Both the position numbers and the translations under genes were made by a program. This document shows, in pieces, positions 33,887 through 33,979 of a stretch of 33,979 nucleotides of DNA (within the stretch, counting starts at the first letter, position 1; each line of letters starts with the position of its first letter). This stretch comes from Octopus bimaculoides (taxonomy: Eukaryota): positions 31,324,654-31,358,632 of the forward strand of contig NC_068999.1 in assembly GCF_001194135.2 (NCBI RefSeq). Direction: 5' to 3'. The notes below the pieces were generated by a model. It saw only the letters and a list, made by a program, of their open reading frames with translations, searched no databases and had not been told where the DNA came from.

Positions 33887-33888
<2 letters not shown>
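33671..33888 (-). mobile_element. tRNA-derived SINE family E embedded in an (AAT)n tract
   Basis: Minus head aaggtggcaagctggcagaatcattagc...tagttccaattc, central tttgccttttatcctttgagg...aaataagaaccagt. (AAT)n on both sides. Confidence 0.75.

Positions 33889-33979
<91 letters not shown>
33889..33979. repeat. (AAT)n microsatellite running to the window end
   Basis: Perfect trinucleotide run. Confidence 0.98.

Overview
AT-rich, microsatellite-dense animal genomic DNA with four assembly gaps. The repeat repertoire suggests a coleoid cephalopod, probably Octopus; this is inferred from SINE/LINE content and not verified. No intact host gene can be supported, only a few weak candidate exons. The window is a mosaic of decayed mobile elements: two mariner transposons with TIRs and TA target duplications, several RTE-clade LINE copies, two R4/Dong-like LINEs with a restriction-like endonuclease, a Penelope-like (GIY-YIG) relic, a possible Transib/Chapaev-like transposase relic and at least five SINE-like families. 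The most notable system is a short element (here 'SINE-G') made of a tRNA-like head, an internal (AAT)n tract and a tail with a minimal type I hammerhead-ribozyme-like fold. It occurs three times. In two of these, a different R4/Dong-like LINE ends at the (AAT)n tract, so the SINE appears to act as a mobile landing pad for a TAA-targeting retrotransposon. Two of the copies also form a head-to-head palindrome. A separate, well-formed but mutated hammerhead lies at 6443-6548 on the minus strand. All translations, alignments and folds were done by eye, and family names A-H are local labels.
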